In this document: positions 19,073 through 34,060 of the stretch, one piece after another
Position numbering within the stretch: position 1 is the stretch's first letter
How the letters are laid out: every line of letters starts with the position of its first letter
Origin: the human T2T-CHM13v2.0 reference genome, Homo sapiens
Direction: 5' to 3' (one strand)
DNA length: 64,000 bases
NCBI RefSeq assembly: GCF_009914755.1
Contig: NC_060931.1
The notes under the pieces: model-generated
What the model saw: the letters and a program-made list of their open reading frames with translations, nothing else
Told to the model about the DNA's origin: nothing
Database searches by the model: none
Program-made: the position numbers and the translations under genes

Positions 19073-19310
19073 GGTCCTAAGTCCATTGTATCATTCTTAC
19101 GCCTTTGCATCTGCATAACTTAGCTCCCACCTTGGGGATGCAGGTGAAAGGGTGAGAGGAGGGTTAAGGGATAAAAGACTACAAACTGGGTTCAGTGTAT
19201 ACTGCTCGGGTGATGGGTTCACCAAAATCTCACAAATTGCCAATAAAGAACTTATGTAACCAAAGTCCACCTGTTACTCAAAAACCTACAGGAATAAAAA
19301 TTCTTTTAAA
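19073..19310 (+). mobile_element. Short L1PB 3' end with 5' inversion (twin priming)
   Basis: 19131-19300 is sense L1PB 3'UTR (gggataaaagactacaaa...ctgctcgggtgatggg...aataaa). 19073-19130 is the adjacent upstream part, inverted. TSD agggatc(g/a)tga at 19062 and 19313. Confidence 0.8.
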
Positions 19311-19752
19311 AAAGGGATCATGATTTTTCATTGCTGGTATCTCCAGAGTCTAGCACATGGCCTGGCATATACTATATACACAATAAATATCTGTTAATGA
19401 CTCCATGAGTAAAGGAATGTACCCTCTGTGGTTGTAAAGCCAGATTTTTGAATTAACATTTCTGCTAGGAATCAATTTATTTGACTATAACATTTCTTTT
19501 TTTAGAAAAGTTTTTTTAAGTATGAGGAAATGTGTGCTTTCAAATTAATCAGTAAGGGAAACAAAAAATAAGCAAATGACAATGTCATTGAAATACTTGT
19601 TTACATCAGAATAAGCAAAACTATGTTGCAACATTGCAATGTTAGAGGCAAAAATTTCTGCCATTTGCAGACTAGAAACCACAAGCTGATAAAGGACAAA
19701 TAAACACTAAAATAAAACTGTAAAAATAAACCTTAAAATTATTCAGGGTTTT

Positions 19753-20148
19753 CAAATGCCCATCAACAATAGACTGGATAAAGAAATTGTGGCACATATA
19801 CACCTTGGAATACTATGCAGCCATAAAAAAGGATGAGTTCATGTCCTTTGCAGGGACATGGATGAAGCTGGCAACTATCATTCTCAGCAAACTAACACAA
19901 GAACAGAAAAGCAAATACTGTGTGTTCTCACTCATAAGTGCGAGCTGAACAATGAGAGCACATGGATACAGGAAGGGGAACATCACACACTGGGACCTGT
20001 CAGGGGGTGGTGGGCTTGGGGAGGGATAGCAGTAGGAGAAATACCTAATGTAGATGATGGGTGCAGCAAACCATCATGGCATGTGTATACCTATGTAACA
20101 AACCTGCATGTTCTGCACGTGTACCCCAGAACTTAAAGTATAATTTAG
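19753..20148 (+). mobile_element. 5'-truncated L1PA (PA7/8-like) 3' end
   Basis: L1 ORF2 end and 3'UTR. 18-bp TSD aaaattattcagggtttt at 19735-19752 and 20149-20166. Confidence 0.93.
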
Positions 20149-20393
20149 AAAATTATTCAGGGTTTTTTCCTCCAGATGATTATTAGTTGTATCTATACTA
20201 CTACTTATTAAATAATTACACTTTTCCTTACTTATTTCAATTAACACCTTTATTATAAACTAAATGTACCTGGATTTTTGAACTCTATTCTGTTCTGTTG
20301 CACAAATTATACATATTTAGCTCAATGCATTATCCTAATGTGAACCTCATATTTAAGCACCAGTAATGAAACAGAAAATTACCAATACCCTAG

Positions 20394-20564
<171 letters not shown>

Positions 20565-21229
20565 TGAATGAATGACAGTCTCTGAGAGGTATTCAGGATC
20601 TGTTTTATACTTTCAAATAGTATGGATGTATTGGATGGAGACAGAAAGATGCTCATTAAATCCACAAAGGGCACAAAGATGGAGACAATACACTGGATTA
20701 TAGACAAGTCTCCAAAATTTCTTAAAAGTCAGAGACTGGAAAATAAAACTAAAGTCATGTAATAGATAAATGCAAATGATGGTATATCAGTGAAAAATAA
20801 TGAACTCTGTAATATGGTAGTAATAGAATGTAATATTGAAAAGAATTTATAACTTTCCTTCATGAGAATAGGAAAATTTAGGAGTCTTAGTTGTTTGAAA
20901 GAAGATTTTGTACCACAAAGTGTGAATATAATCTTAGTGTGCTTTTATTGGTATTTCGTGTCTAGGACAAGGATGGTTTGACTTCATCTAGTGTGTCATT
21001 TTTAGTTCTGGGCATTTTATCCGAAGAAGAGTGACACAATGGAGAATGTCTGCAGTGGGATGACTGGAATTATAAGAAGTCTGTGAACCTCAAATCTTTG
21101 TGTATTAAAAGCAAGCTTAGATAGAAATCAAAGTTATCTGAAGAACTATGATGGAATCAGGGATATTTTGCTTGAAAAGGAGGTGTGGGATATCATAGGA
21201 ACTTTAATTTAAACACTTAAAGATGAATA

Positions 21230-21452
21230 AAGATTGAGTATCCCTTATCTGAAATGTCTGGGACTAGAAATGTTTTGGATTCTGGATTTTTTTAAATTTT
21301 GGAATATTGATATTATATAATTACTAGTTGAGCATACCGAATTTGAAATGTCCCAATATGCATTTGCTTTAAGCATCACATAGACACTCAAAAAATCTTG
21401 GATTTTTGAACTTTCCAAATTTCAGGTTATCAGATTTGGGATGCTCAACCTG
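21230..21452. mobile_element. Tigger4/MER46-type TcMar MITE
   Basis: Terminal inverted repeats ttgagtatccc...gggatgctcaacctg, followed by TA. Confidence 0.85.
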
Positions 21453-21799
21453 TAATAAGGAAAAAGATATGAATATTCTCTGTAGTTCTAGAAGAGAAAC
21501 TGAGACTCATTTAACACTTTTAGGCTGCAGGCTTCAGCTCAATAAACTTATAATTGGCACAGTCCAGTGGTTAAGAGGACAGGCCCTGGAGGCTGACAGG
21601 CATGTCTGCTTTGTCATCCAAGTCTCAATATTATCATTTTACAATATTGTATTGTGTTACCTCATTGAAGCATTGTGAAAATGAGACAATGATGCATGCT
21701 AAGCTCTTAGTTCAGTTAATGGAGTAAACTTAAATAATTGTATCTTTAATGACAACTGTCTCTTTTTACCTTCTATATTAAATCACATATATTTTTATT

Positions 21800-22920
<1,121 letters not shown>

Positions 22921-23094
22921 TATGTAATTTTCAGCTTAAAATGCCTTAAGTTCAAACTCTATGGTATAATATTAAAACTCTCTAAAAATGTTTAAAGGAA
23001 GATTACACCAATCATAACAGCATTTATAAAACATATTAAATGTATTCATATTATTTTGTTTGTATTTATCATTTTATAAGGAAGGCAGAAGTGG

Positions 23095-23230
23095 TGGTGT
23101 TCTCTTCCCTTATATAGAAGAGAAAACCAAAGTGTAGGGAGGCTCAGTGACTTGCTCTCAGACATCAAGCTGGTAAGTGATGAGCACGAGCTGGAACCCA
23201 GGCCTTCTCTTTCCAAGTTCCCATTTACAT
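23095..23230. mobile_element. MIR relic
   Basis: agagaaaaccaaagtg...gaggctcagtgacttgctc...agctggtaagtg...ctggaacccagg. Confidence 0.7.
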
Positions 23231-24059
23231 TGCATTATGGCATGGGGCCATGCTGAAGTATATTTTTACCATGTGCAATGTTTTGTATCCTGCTTCTTTT
23301 CAGTGAACATTATAAACTTTTTCCATGTCAAAATTCTTCACTAACATAAAACTGAAAATCAGCATAGAATTTAGAATTTTCAGTGTTCAATATGAATGTA
23401 ACATATTTCCTCTAACATCCCCTAAGATTGAACACACACACACATTTCACAGTTCTCTTTTTAATTCAAAGTGAACTATCCAAATAACAGGCAGAAATAG
23501 TCACAAAGGATAAAGTACAAGAAATGATAATAATTCATCTGAGACTATACACTAAACTTTACATATTTATAATTTGATACTAATTCTATTAGGAAAGAAT
23601 ATAGAATAAAATTCTTTGTGACAAAGAAGAATAGTTTTTCTAATAAAAAATGTGGAGCATATATAATGGATGAGGGATAACCAAAACTTGCTATATACAC
23701 GTAGTAAGAAAATCCCAACAATCAATACTCATTTAATCACAGAACAATGAAAAAGTTATATAAAATCCACCTTACCTATATGTTAGAAATTGATTTCAGT
23801 TCACCCATGGATCCAACACCTTTTTAGATAAATGAAAAAAAAATTTTATTAACTGACTTAAGAACAAAAAACTACCTATTAAATGTATGTACTGTTGCTT
23901 AAAGAATATGGAATTCTTACCTGTTTCCTTGCAAAAGAAGTAGAAATCTATAGACTAGAGACCCTCTCTAAGAATGAGTCACTGATAAGCACAATATTTT
24001 TATAACTTACATAACATTTCATCCATGTGCATTTTTTGAGCATTATGCAATATTTAATT

Positions 24060-24490
24060 TGCATCAGCTTTCCAAATCACTTACATTTACGAGGTTTCTT
24101 TCCAATGGATGTTTCCGTATGACTTTAAAAATAATCATTAAAATTAAAACTTTCCTATGTTTTGCAAACTACTCGGTTTTCAACCAAGGGTACATTCTTG
24201 TATTTGAGACCCACCTTCAGTGGGCATTGTCATGTCTTTTAGTGTATTTGAGAGAAATGGATGCATTACCACATTTTGTACATTTATAGATTTTATTCTC
24301 AGAAATAAATTCTTTGATGTATTCAACTAGAACTAAAAACACTGAGGCTATTACCCCATTTTTTTACACTCATAGGGTTTTCCCTCCAGTATGAATTCTT
24401 TCATATTTTCAGAAAGAACTGGGAAGATTGCATAGTTTCCCATATACCTTAAATTCATAGATTTCTCTTAAGTATGAATTTTTTCATGTG
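24060..24490 (-). pseudogene. Decayed C2H2 (KRAB-ZNF-type) zinc-finger array fragment
   Basis: Minus strand at 24356-24404 reads GAA AGA ATT CAT ACT GGA GGG AAA (A) CCC TAT GAG TGT AAA, an ERIHTGxKPYECK linker with a 1-bp insertion. Similar degenerate linkers recur about 84-87 bp on either side. Confidence 0.7.
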
Positions 24491-25059
24491 TACGATTGAA
24501 CATATATTTTCAACCAATATCTGTGATGTTGCAATGAAGTGCATAAAAGTTTATCAATATTGAATAATTAGGATTGCTAAAGTGGAATTACATGGTCAAA
24601 GGGCATTAACATTTTAAGATCGATATATATTGCTAAATTTCTTGTGAGTAAGTCAATATCTTTTCCTTATTAACAAACCTGAATACTATAATTAAAAATA
24701 TTTCTCGAAGTCTTTATTGCCTTTGATTTCTAAGAGGATAGATACCATTTTTTTCTTTTAACATTTACAGCATTTTCCCAAACATACTAAGAACATTTTG
24801 ATATATTTAGAAGAGATGCAGAGATGTTTCATTATGGTAATAGAAAGTTGGGGTGGTTCTGACTCTGGAATCTCAGTTTTCTCAGTCTAATCTTTCTTTT
24901 TTTCCATGAAGTTTCTAACTGAAGCATCAACGTATTGCATAATATCTAAGGAGATGATGGAGAATGTTTCCCTGTTGAGCAACCCACTATTATTCTTAGG
25001 CAGAATTTTCTCATCCACATAGGATTTGTTGTATAACTCTATAATGAGCAAATCATGAT

Positions 25060-25410
25060 CTCCTTTCAGGGACTTTGCACACAGGCTAACTGCCTGGGAC
25101 CCCTGTTTCTCTCAATTGTTACATCCTTTACATTTCCCCCTCTTAATGCGCCCAGATCAGGGGGCTGGCTTCCATGTTCTAGTACTTCTTATCATTTTTA
25201 CCCTACTTAATTTTTCTCAATGGCATTTTCCCACCAACCAGTATATTGTAGTTCCTTGTTTCTTTATTGTCTCTTTCCCCTCATTAGAATGTATGCTCCA
25301 TAAACACAAGTTTTGTCATGTTTCTTTTCAACTATGCCTTCAAAGCCTAGGATGGTGTCTGGCACGTAATAGATTCTCAGTAATTATTATGAAATGAATG
25401 AATGGGTAGA
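25060..25410. mobile_element. L2 3' fragment
   Basis: cagggactttgcacac...tagaatgtatgctccat...gtgtctggcacgtaatagattctcagtaa...aatgaatgaatg. Confidence 0.7.
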
Positions 25411-26409
25411 GATGCACACCACATGCCACTGCCTGTATTCAGTGAATACTTACACTACATCTTCTCATTTGTTTGAGAGAAGATGGTTTTCTCAGACTCT
25501 CAGCTTTAATTGTCTGCAATTCCTTCTATACTATAGGATAAATATAGTTTGCCAGCAGTTATCACATTAGTGAAGCAATTGAGGAATGTTAGAACTGAAT
25601 CTTTTCTTGTGGTAAATAATATTCTCATTACACCTGTCCTTGGATTGACCATTGATATTAAGTTTCCCATATTTTTCAACTTCCTCCAACTATCCCTGGA
25701 TGAAAGACAAAAGCTTCTCATGTGTTTGTTGTTCTTGTTCTTCATAGCCAGGTTCTAACAGGATGTTTTGGGAGATATATAGCAGTAATCCAATTAGGCA
25801 AGCATTTGTTCCATTTTTTCCCCCAGAGGTCTTTGATGTACATTTTCCATCTACCTACTTGTTAGCCTCAAAAATTGAGGCTGGATATCTAATCAGAAAG
25901 ACAATCAGTTCTCTGAACTTCCAAGTTGATGTTTTATGGTTTTCTAAGTCCACATGAGCTGCAAAAGTTTTGCTCATTATTTGGTAAGCACTGACCACTA
26001 CAGACAGAAAAGGGCCTTTTTTTTTTTTTTTAAGCTGTTCTCGCTAATGTTGCAGAAACATTTTTTTCAGTTCATTAAATTTAACTTCAGGCAATTGCTA
26101 AAATGTAAGATAATTCCTTTTCGTTATTCCTTTGGCACATCTGAAGTACAGTTTCACATTAGCAACAATGAGCCAGAGGGTTAAAAAATTAAAATTATTT
26201 TGGAAGATAGGGACTTAGGCAGAAAAAAAGGTCCATTCCAAAATGACAAATATTTAGCATCATTTTTACTTTTATTTATACAGAAGGACCCTCACTTATG
26301 ATTGCTTTTTAAATTGGCTTTATAAATGCATGATTAGGAGTAAACATTTTTGAGTTTTATACTACATCAAAGATCTTGAGTCTCAACTTCCAATCAATAT
26401 TTTGTATCA

Positions 26410-26699
26410 GGCTGGGTGCGGTTGCTCATGCCTGTAATCCCAGAACTTTGGGGGACCAAGGTGGGTGGATAGCTTGAGCCCAGGAGTTCAACACCAGTCT
26501 TGGCAACATAGCAAGACCCTGTCTCTTCCAATAACAACAACAAAAAATTAACCAGGTTTGGTGGCGTGTGTTTACAGTTCCAGTTACTTGGGAGGCTGAG
26601 GTAGGAGGATTGCTTGAACCTAGGAGGTCAAGGCTGTAGTGAGCTTATTTTGCCATTGCACTGGGCACATGTGAGACCCTGTCTCAAAAAAAAAAAAAA
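26410..26699 (+). mobile_element. AluJ
   Basis: ggctgggtgcg... with J-diagnostic gcttgagcccaggagttc and gaggtcaaggctgtagtgagc, plus a poly(A) tail. Confidence 0.93.
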
Positions 26700-29074
26700 T
26701 AGTTTGAGGCATTAAAAATAAACAGCTTGAGGGCCATTTCAAAAAGATAACTAAGAAATATTTTGTGAATATGTATATGTGCTGAGATTTCTTAATAATT
26801 TTACCAGTCCCCAATTCTGACAAAGACAGAAATAAGATCTTATAGACAAGATCTTGTGTTATTTAAACTTTTCATCCACAAAACACAGTGAGCAGTGTTT
26901 CTGTCTACTTATGTTGTTTCCATACTTTAGTGAATACCAACATGATACAACACATAACCTTGTATTATATTATTGTGCATGTTTTATATTATATATCTGT
27001 CACTTCTCTATTCACACATGAACACATGTATATATAATACACAAATCATTATCTGTCAATCATCTATTTCTAGACATTGGGGTCAGTTTTTAGAAGTGGA
27101 ATTACTAGGTTAAAGGATATGTTTATTTATAATTAAAAATACTATTTACATGGCCCTTTATTGACTTGATAATTAATACTACCTCTACTAGAAATAGAAA
27201 AGAACGATACTTTTGTTTTTCTTATATACTTGATCGGATAGTGGATTGTCAAATTTCATTTTCCCCATCTATTGCGTCATTGTTTTAAATAACATTTCTT
27301 TAATGATAAATGCTCATGAGAATCTTTTTGGTAAGTTCAAAAGCTACTTATTATATTTTCTTCTTTGTTCTTTGGGCCCTCTTCCCATATCCTGACAAAA
27401 CTTTCAATACAGGTATTTCGTCTTTTCTTGGTTTCCTTTTCTTAAACTTTGTAAAATATGCAGGATCTGACCATTGTCAGTGGTAGGTATTGCTCTTAAT
27501 ACTTCCATACGAATGGACTGTCTCTACACTTGGCATTATCATCTAAGTAAGATAATGTACCAATTTATTGCTACATCCTACATCTGCTTTCATTATAAAC
27601 CCATAATTACATTTAAATCTTTCTGGCTAGGAGTTGTTGATTTCTGAAAGCCAATATGATGCCTATTCTGAAGAGAATTGTATCAAAGGCCTCTTTAGTT
27701 TTTATCACTGAACAAATGTTGCCGTAATGTTTTTGTAACATGCATTTATATCATGATCACTACCAGACATAGCCTCAGTCTATCATTGTAGGAGACATTT
27801 TAATTTGATTTTCCTATGGATTATTCCGTATAAAGATTAGAATTCATAAGCATACCAACATTAATTTTTAAGGGTCATTTATATAAGTCTCTGATTATAA
27901 TCCTTTCCACTATACCTCCTTCTACAGCCAGGATACTTTTCTACTCGACTTATTTTATAAAGCATTTTTTTCCCCATAGATACCAAGGTAGTGCCATCAG
28001 AAGAAAAGACCTATACCCTTTGGCAAACAAATTGTACAAAGTGATAAACATTAAGAATAACCCCCTGCCAGCAGACAAATATTGTAAACACGTGAACCTT
28101 TTATAAAGATAAATTGTGAAAGGGTACAGTTATACTTCAGCTGTCAGCATAGCCGCTGGAGGGTGACTAGGGATGTGGTGTGACAGGATTCTCGCTAAAC
28201 TCACTGTGTTTATAAAAGACTGGGACACAGGTCCACGCTATCCACTAAGATGCTGGCTTTCCCTCTGTAGTACTTTCTGGCTGATTCTGATTTTGAAATT
28301 CTTTTTACTTCTCAAGGAAATCAAGACATTGTTTTTGAAAAGGAATGGATTTTAAATGGTCTATTAAAGTATTTACATGGTTGCTGAATGTCCTCCTCTA
28401 TTGTTTCAAAGCAAATTATGGGAATTTGGAAGCACTTTGAATTGTTACTCTATTCTGTTTTTTCCATTTTATTTCTGCTCTGAAGCAAAGAGTATATAAT
28501 TTGATTATTACTGATATCACAAAATCAATTTTATTTAAGACTGAAAAGTATAATCAGACTGCTTTTATATCCTGGATCAAAGGCTTTTTAGGAATTTGAA
28601 ATTGTCCTTTGCTTAATTTTCCAGTATTCCAAGCTCTCTTGCCTACTTCCCCTGGAACAATTTCCTATTAATTTAAGTTGATTCACTTAAATTACAATTG
28701 AGTGAAAGCTACGATAGAATTATGTATTTTGCAGACCTTGTTTTCAATATAGTTTTGTAAATCCCATAGCCCACATCTTACTGGAGTATCCTTAGCTATT
28801 TAGTATCACTCCTCTATGATGCCAGTCTCAGTTACTGTTTTTCTTTCTTCAACTGCTCTGTTACTGTTCTGTTCTTGTCAGCATTGTGCATTCTAAGTGT
28901 TTAGAGTAACATATATCTGGCAAGTGAAATGAATATAAGATATATTTATGAGAGTAGAGTACTGACAGCTTTAAGCTATGGATGAGTTAGTTGGTTTTTT
29001 AACTCTAGTGGCCTCTTCATAATTAATCCACTATTTATTATTATCTACTCTTTAGTCATAAAACTTGTACTTCA

Positions 29075-29600
29075 CTAATTCTTTTGTTAATTTATTCACC
29101 CAAAAAGAAATCATAATTCTTACTATGTGTTGGATATTATTCCATGCGAGGAACAAAACAAAGACCTGGCCTCTCTCATTGTGTGGGAGAGAGAAAAAAA
29201 CAAACGACAGGAAGATATGTAATGTCAGGTGCCATGAAGAAAACAAAAGAAGGGTAGGAGAATAGAGAGTGATGGGATAGTCAAGGAAGGCGTCTCAGAG
29301 GGGGGCCATTTGAGCAGAGACCTGCATGAAGTGGGGGAGCAGCCATGCCTATATCAAGGGGAAGTTTCTAGGTAGAGGTAGGAAAAAATGTCAAAGCTCT
29401 GAAGAGAATGTATAGCTTAATAGAAGGTTGGGCTCCAGCTTCATCACTTCCAGTAACACTGTGCTCAAGGGTGAGCATGAGTGGGAATGAGCATGCATAG
29501 GGGCTAGCTAGGATAGAGAGAGAATATCCAGCCTCACAACAGGCAGGGGGACAGTGAGGTGGCCACATGGTGGGGGAACCTCTGCCTGAGATGACAACAA
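29075..29600. mobile_element. L2 fragment
   Basis: tcaaggaaggcgtctcagagg...catttgagcagagacctgcatgaag. Confidence 0.65.
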
Positions 29601-29668
29601 AAAAGATTGTGGGGAAATAGAATCCCAAAATTTATTTTTCCTTCTTTACAAAAAACGTTAAAATTTAG

Positions 29669-29948
29669 GGCCAGGTGAAGTGGGTCATGCCTGGCCAAGG
29701 TGGGCAGATCATGAGGTCAGGAGATGGAGAATATCCTGGCTAACACCAGTGAAACCTCCTCTCTACTAAAAATACAAAATATTAGCCAGGCGTGGTGGCA
29801 CATGCCTATAGTCCCAGCTACTTGGGAGGGTGAGGCAGGAGAATCGCTTGGACCCGGGAGGCAGAGTTGCAGTGAGCCGAGATTGCACGACTGTATTCCA
29901 GCCTGGGCAACAGAATGAGACTGTCTCAAAAAATAATAAAATAAAAAT
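29669..29948 (+). mobile_element. AluS (Sc-like) with ~20-bp internal deletion
   Basis: catgcctg|gccaagg lacks taatcccagcactttgggag. The rest of the dimer and A-rich tail are intact. Confidence 0.93.
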
Positions 29949-31343
29949 TAGTTGATGGCCTAAAATTAACAACATATTGGCATCATCAGAATTGCCATTT
30001 GAAAATTATATGCTATAGAAGGTCAAGTCCAAATATCCAGACGTATATGAAAAGATGAAAAGCTGCTCAAATTTGCTACTAGTCAAGGAGATGAAAGCAA
30101 TGAGAGGGATTGATGTTTTGATTAGCCTGGATTGGAACTTTGATAACTCTGATACTTTGATAACTCTTATTGTTATCAAAAAGCTATGGGATTTGCCTTA
30201 GGTGTTACCAAAGACAGGATGAAGGACATTTGATAATGTTTGAAAACAGTAATAGGAAAAAAAAAATGAAGCTGTTTCCTAATTGTATCTACTAAATTCA
30301 CCCATTTCTCTCTTCCTCTCTCTCTCACTCTCTCTGTTCCATCTCACTCCCCACTATCATATTTATAATGTCATATGATCAGGGAGAAAAATATGACAGG
30401 ATACATATCAGATTGTTAACTTGAGTTAACTTGGCTGGGAGATGCTATGGAAGAAGATGAAAGGGGGAGGGGAAGTCACATAAAAGTACTGCAATACCAG
30501 AAACCCTGACTACATTTATGCATTTTTGTGTATGTACAATATCTTTTCAGAGTAACTGACACTGATGGGAGGTATAAATTGAAGTGTGTTGTGGAATATA
30601 TACAGACTTTAATGAAAGAATCACTAGGGACACAGAAGTAGCAAAAATAAAATGTAGACCAGTAATATTCATATTTTTGTTTGTAGGGCATAAATTGGAA
30701 TTGCAAAATAATAAATGAAGTTAGCTATTTGACTATGAAAGTCCAGATTTCTAGAAAAAAATCTGTGTGATACATTGAAAATTTTTTTCACCTAGTTTCA
30801 CTTGTAATGAGTAATACAGAAAAGAAAAAGACTGGAAATTACCATTTTTTCATCAAGCATGTAGGCTAGCTACATGTTCTGAGTGGTTCACAGATTGAGG
30901 GCTTAAATGGTTCCCTACTTACTTACATTTTAGCAAATAGCTATTTCAGAAAATGTTTTAACTGCAAACTACCCCGGAAGTAACTTGTCTTAAGTTGTGT
31001 GTCCCTTCCTGAATTTGTTAAGGCATAAGTTTCTGCTTTGACTTTTAGGTTTGGTTTTTTGTGGGTAGACACAGGGACAAGAGACAGTGAGGGATGTGCC
31101 TTATGACTGATTGGGTGGGAAAAGCTGTACTCTGTTGTAGAGAGTTTCCCCATCCTCTGCTGCTGCCATTTTTGAATTGACTGGAAACCAGGAGGTCCCT
31201 TGTCCATGATTCACCTGGTGGCCTCAGCCAACTTTCAAAGTAAAAGTTTGCATTTCTTGAACTTTCTAAATTGGAGTTGTTATACAACCCAGGAAAGGGC
31301 AATACAGTAGGTAAAAGGATTTAGGTATTCACTGGAAAAAAAT

Positions 31344-31349
31344 TTTAAT
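31344..31349 (-). terminator. Candidate distal poly(A) signal ATTAAA
   Basis: Plus-strand tttaat, followed on the minus strand by pyrimidine-rich sequence. An alternative CATAAA at 31421-31426 is followed by a GT-rich tract (TGTGTATCTGTGTTTTG). Confidence 0.4.
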
Positions 31350-34024
31350 CCATATTTAAGAAGCAATTGGTGCAAATCAAAACACAGATACACATGATTA
31401 GAATGAAAATGATTTCCGTATTTATGTTTGTCAGCAATATAGTTATTTACAAATAACCCATATGAAAATGTAAAAAAGCATATTACATCTTCACATGCCA
31501 TCTGTATTGACTGAATAAAGCTTAGTGACATTATTTGCAAATCTGTAGTTAATTGTACATAGACATTTTGTGCGTTAAAAAGGAAATGTACATAATGTAA
31601 AATAAATTACATTACGCAATTTACAAAGTAATATTAACAAAAATTCTTAGACAGCTGCCTCCTTATTTAAACAAAATAAATATTCAGGTAGTTAAATTAA
31701 CATAAAATACACATTTAGGGAATAATAATTTATAGAAAGACAGATTGCAAATTTTAATAAAGTTATATTTTACAATGATAGATACTGATCTCTTCAAATC
31801 TGTGTGATAGAAATGGAGAAAAAAAGTACCAGAAAAGGAATCTAAATGTTTACTTTCTAAAAATAAACACAAACAGATTTCTGAAAAATAGGGAAAAGTT
31901 TACTTGAGGGTTAAAAGTAGGTAATCTAGAAACTATGGCTTAAAAACAATAAATCTACAAAACACAACAAGACTGACAGTTATATTCTAAATAATATAGA
32001 GATTTTTGATCACTGAAAACATGACTCCCACAAACTAAAGCTCTTCATATACTGCCCATTTTTAAGATCTGACTTGGTAGAAACACAGAAAAATAAAAAT
32101 GCAAAATTAACTGTTTAGCATTAGTTTCATTCATTTAATAATGTAGACATAACCATTTTTCATTGTCCCTGCTAGATATAAAATTATTATAACACACTGC
32201 AAACCATCCTTTTTATAAATGGATAACTATTTGCTTGGCTCACACACCAGTTTCTGATACCTGAAATCCTGTCCTGCAGCCAGGGCCACCTGAGGGCAGG
32301 ACCTGGGGAGACCCTTATTCCCAGAACAAGCAGATGTAGTTCTCACAACTAAACTAGTCCCAGGAAAGATCACATTCTGACAAGATTCCTCACAGATTTG
32401 CTCAAGGACTACTGTTTTTTCAACACCCTCAATCTTACAGTGGAAATAGAAGAAGAACCCACACTTGAATTTGGTAATATATTTATAAACAGGAGATCCC
32501 AGATCATTTGGGAATTGTGCTTCTCATGTACTATTGAGACCCACGTCAGCTTTAGAACAGGCTCTCCCTTCTGTATGGTACTGAAAAGTACAGTCCTCCC
32601 TCACTGTCTTGTGGTGTGGAATGTGAACAAAGACTCGAGATGGAGGCAGGAGGATATGGGATGGTCTAAAGCAAGTGTAGGCATGGACATTTTTACAGAA
32701 AAGGGCTTTTTTTTTTTTTTTTTTCCCTGCATGCCTTCCACATTTTTCCTTTTCCCTTTATTCATTTCTTTGACCAGTGGATTTGGTGTAAATCAGGATG
32801 TTCACACTCTGAGTGAGTGACACTTTGATTCTAATAGGGAAGGAAATATAGGAATTCTTTTTTTTTTAATTAAAAAATTGGGCATGTTTAGTGGGAAGTA
32901 GGTAAGAATAGCTGTCAAGAGTAGAAAGAGACCAAGCAGAGAAAATCAGAAAGGGCCAAGGATACAGGTTGTTGGGGGAGGTAAATAAGTGTGTGAGAGG
33001 TCTATTCAATTTCTGTGAGAAGGAAGACGTGAATTTACCTTGAAATGCCCAGGAACTTAACAGGGGTCTGATTAAGCTACAATGACCACTGCCACCTACC
33101 TGAGGGTGGGGCAGGGAAAAATCAAACTCCTAATACTGTGGCCTAAAGACATGTACATTACGTAGGGGAAAATACTAACCCCATCTAAAAACAAACCTAG
33201 AGTAAAAGTCAACATGTTTCAGTGCTATCTTCACTCATTAAGCATTTTTTCCTTCTTTTGGATGTCTGTCTTAAGTACCTATGTATACAAAAGCCATTAC
33301 TTTTTTTTTTTTTTTTTTACAATGCCTAGCAGAATGTCTTATATGTCAATAAATATTTGCCTTGTTAGAAGTAATTTGTGCTTTGTTATAAGTAATTAAA
33401 AACAAGCTTTTATGCACTCTTTTTAAATTCACTTAAGCTACACCGTAGTATCCTCAAAAAAGGCTTTGAAATTAAGATTACTGTCCACATATTGGATTAG
33501 TTATTGATGAATAAGCAAATCAGCCCCTTTCAAAAGAGATCAGTTAGTCCTATTCTACGTGGTTTCTAGTGAAATAGTCCAGCAAAATCATATAATACTG
33601 TGTCAAACTTTTTCTGCTCTTCTTTTTTTAAAAACCAAACAACAGACCTTCATTCTAGGGAACAGCAGTTCTACATCTTTTACCCCCTCGGTGAGGTAAA
33701 AGTGTCAATAGAGAAGTTACTACTATATTCCCCTCCCAAATTTTTAGAAGGAACAGTAAAAATAAGGTTTTGATGAAATTCCAATAAAATATTTAACTCA
33801 TTATTGTCTCATGTCAGAAACAAAAATAAGGCCATTTTCATGTTATAAACATGAATATAATAACCTTCCATTTGTCCAAAATAGCCAGATTGCTACATTC
33901 TCCTCTTTCCACCTTTCTAACGAGGTTATCCAGTATTTATTTATCCTAACAAACAGTGACCTTCCAATATGTTCTCTAATATTAGGTCATGTTGAACCTA
34001 ATTTCCTCTCTCTCATATATATGG

Positions 34025-34058
<34 letters not shown>

Positions 34059-34060
34059 GC
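34025..34060. repeat. (GT)n(AT)n microsatellite in the 3'UTR
   Basis: Seen directly. Confidence 0.9.

Noticed and set aside
32398-32820. 140-aa plus-strand ORF in the 3'UTR region
   Set aside because: Non-ATG start, runs through a poly(T) tract and has no recognisable domain.
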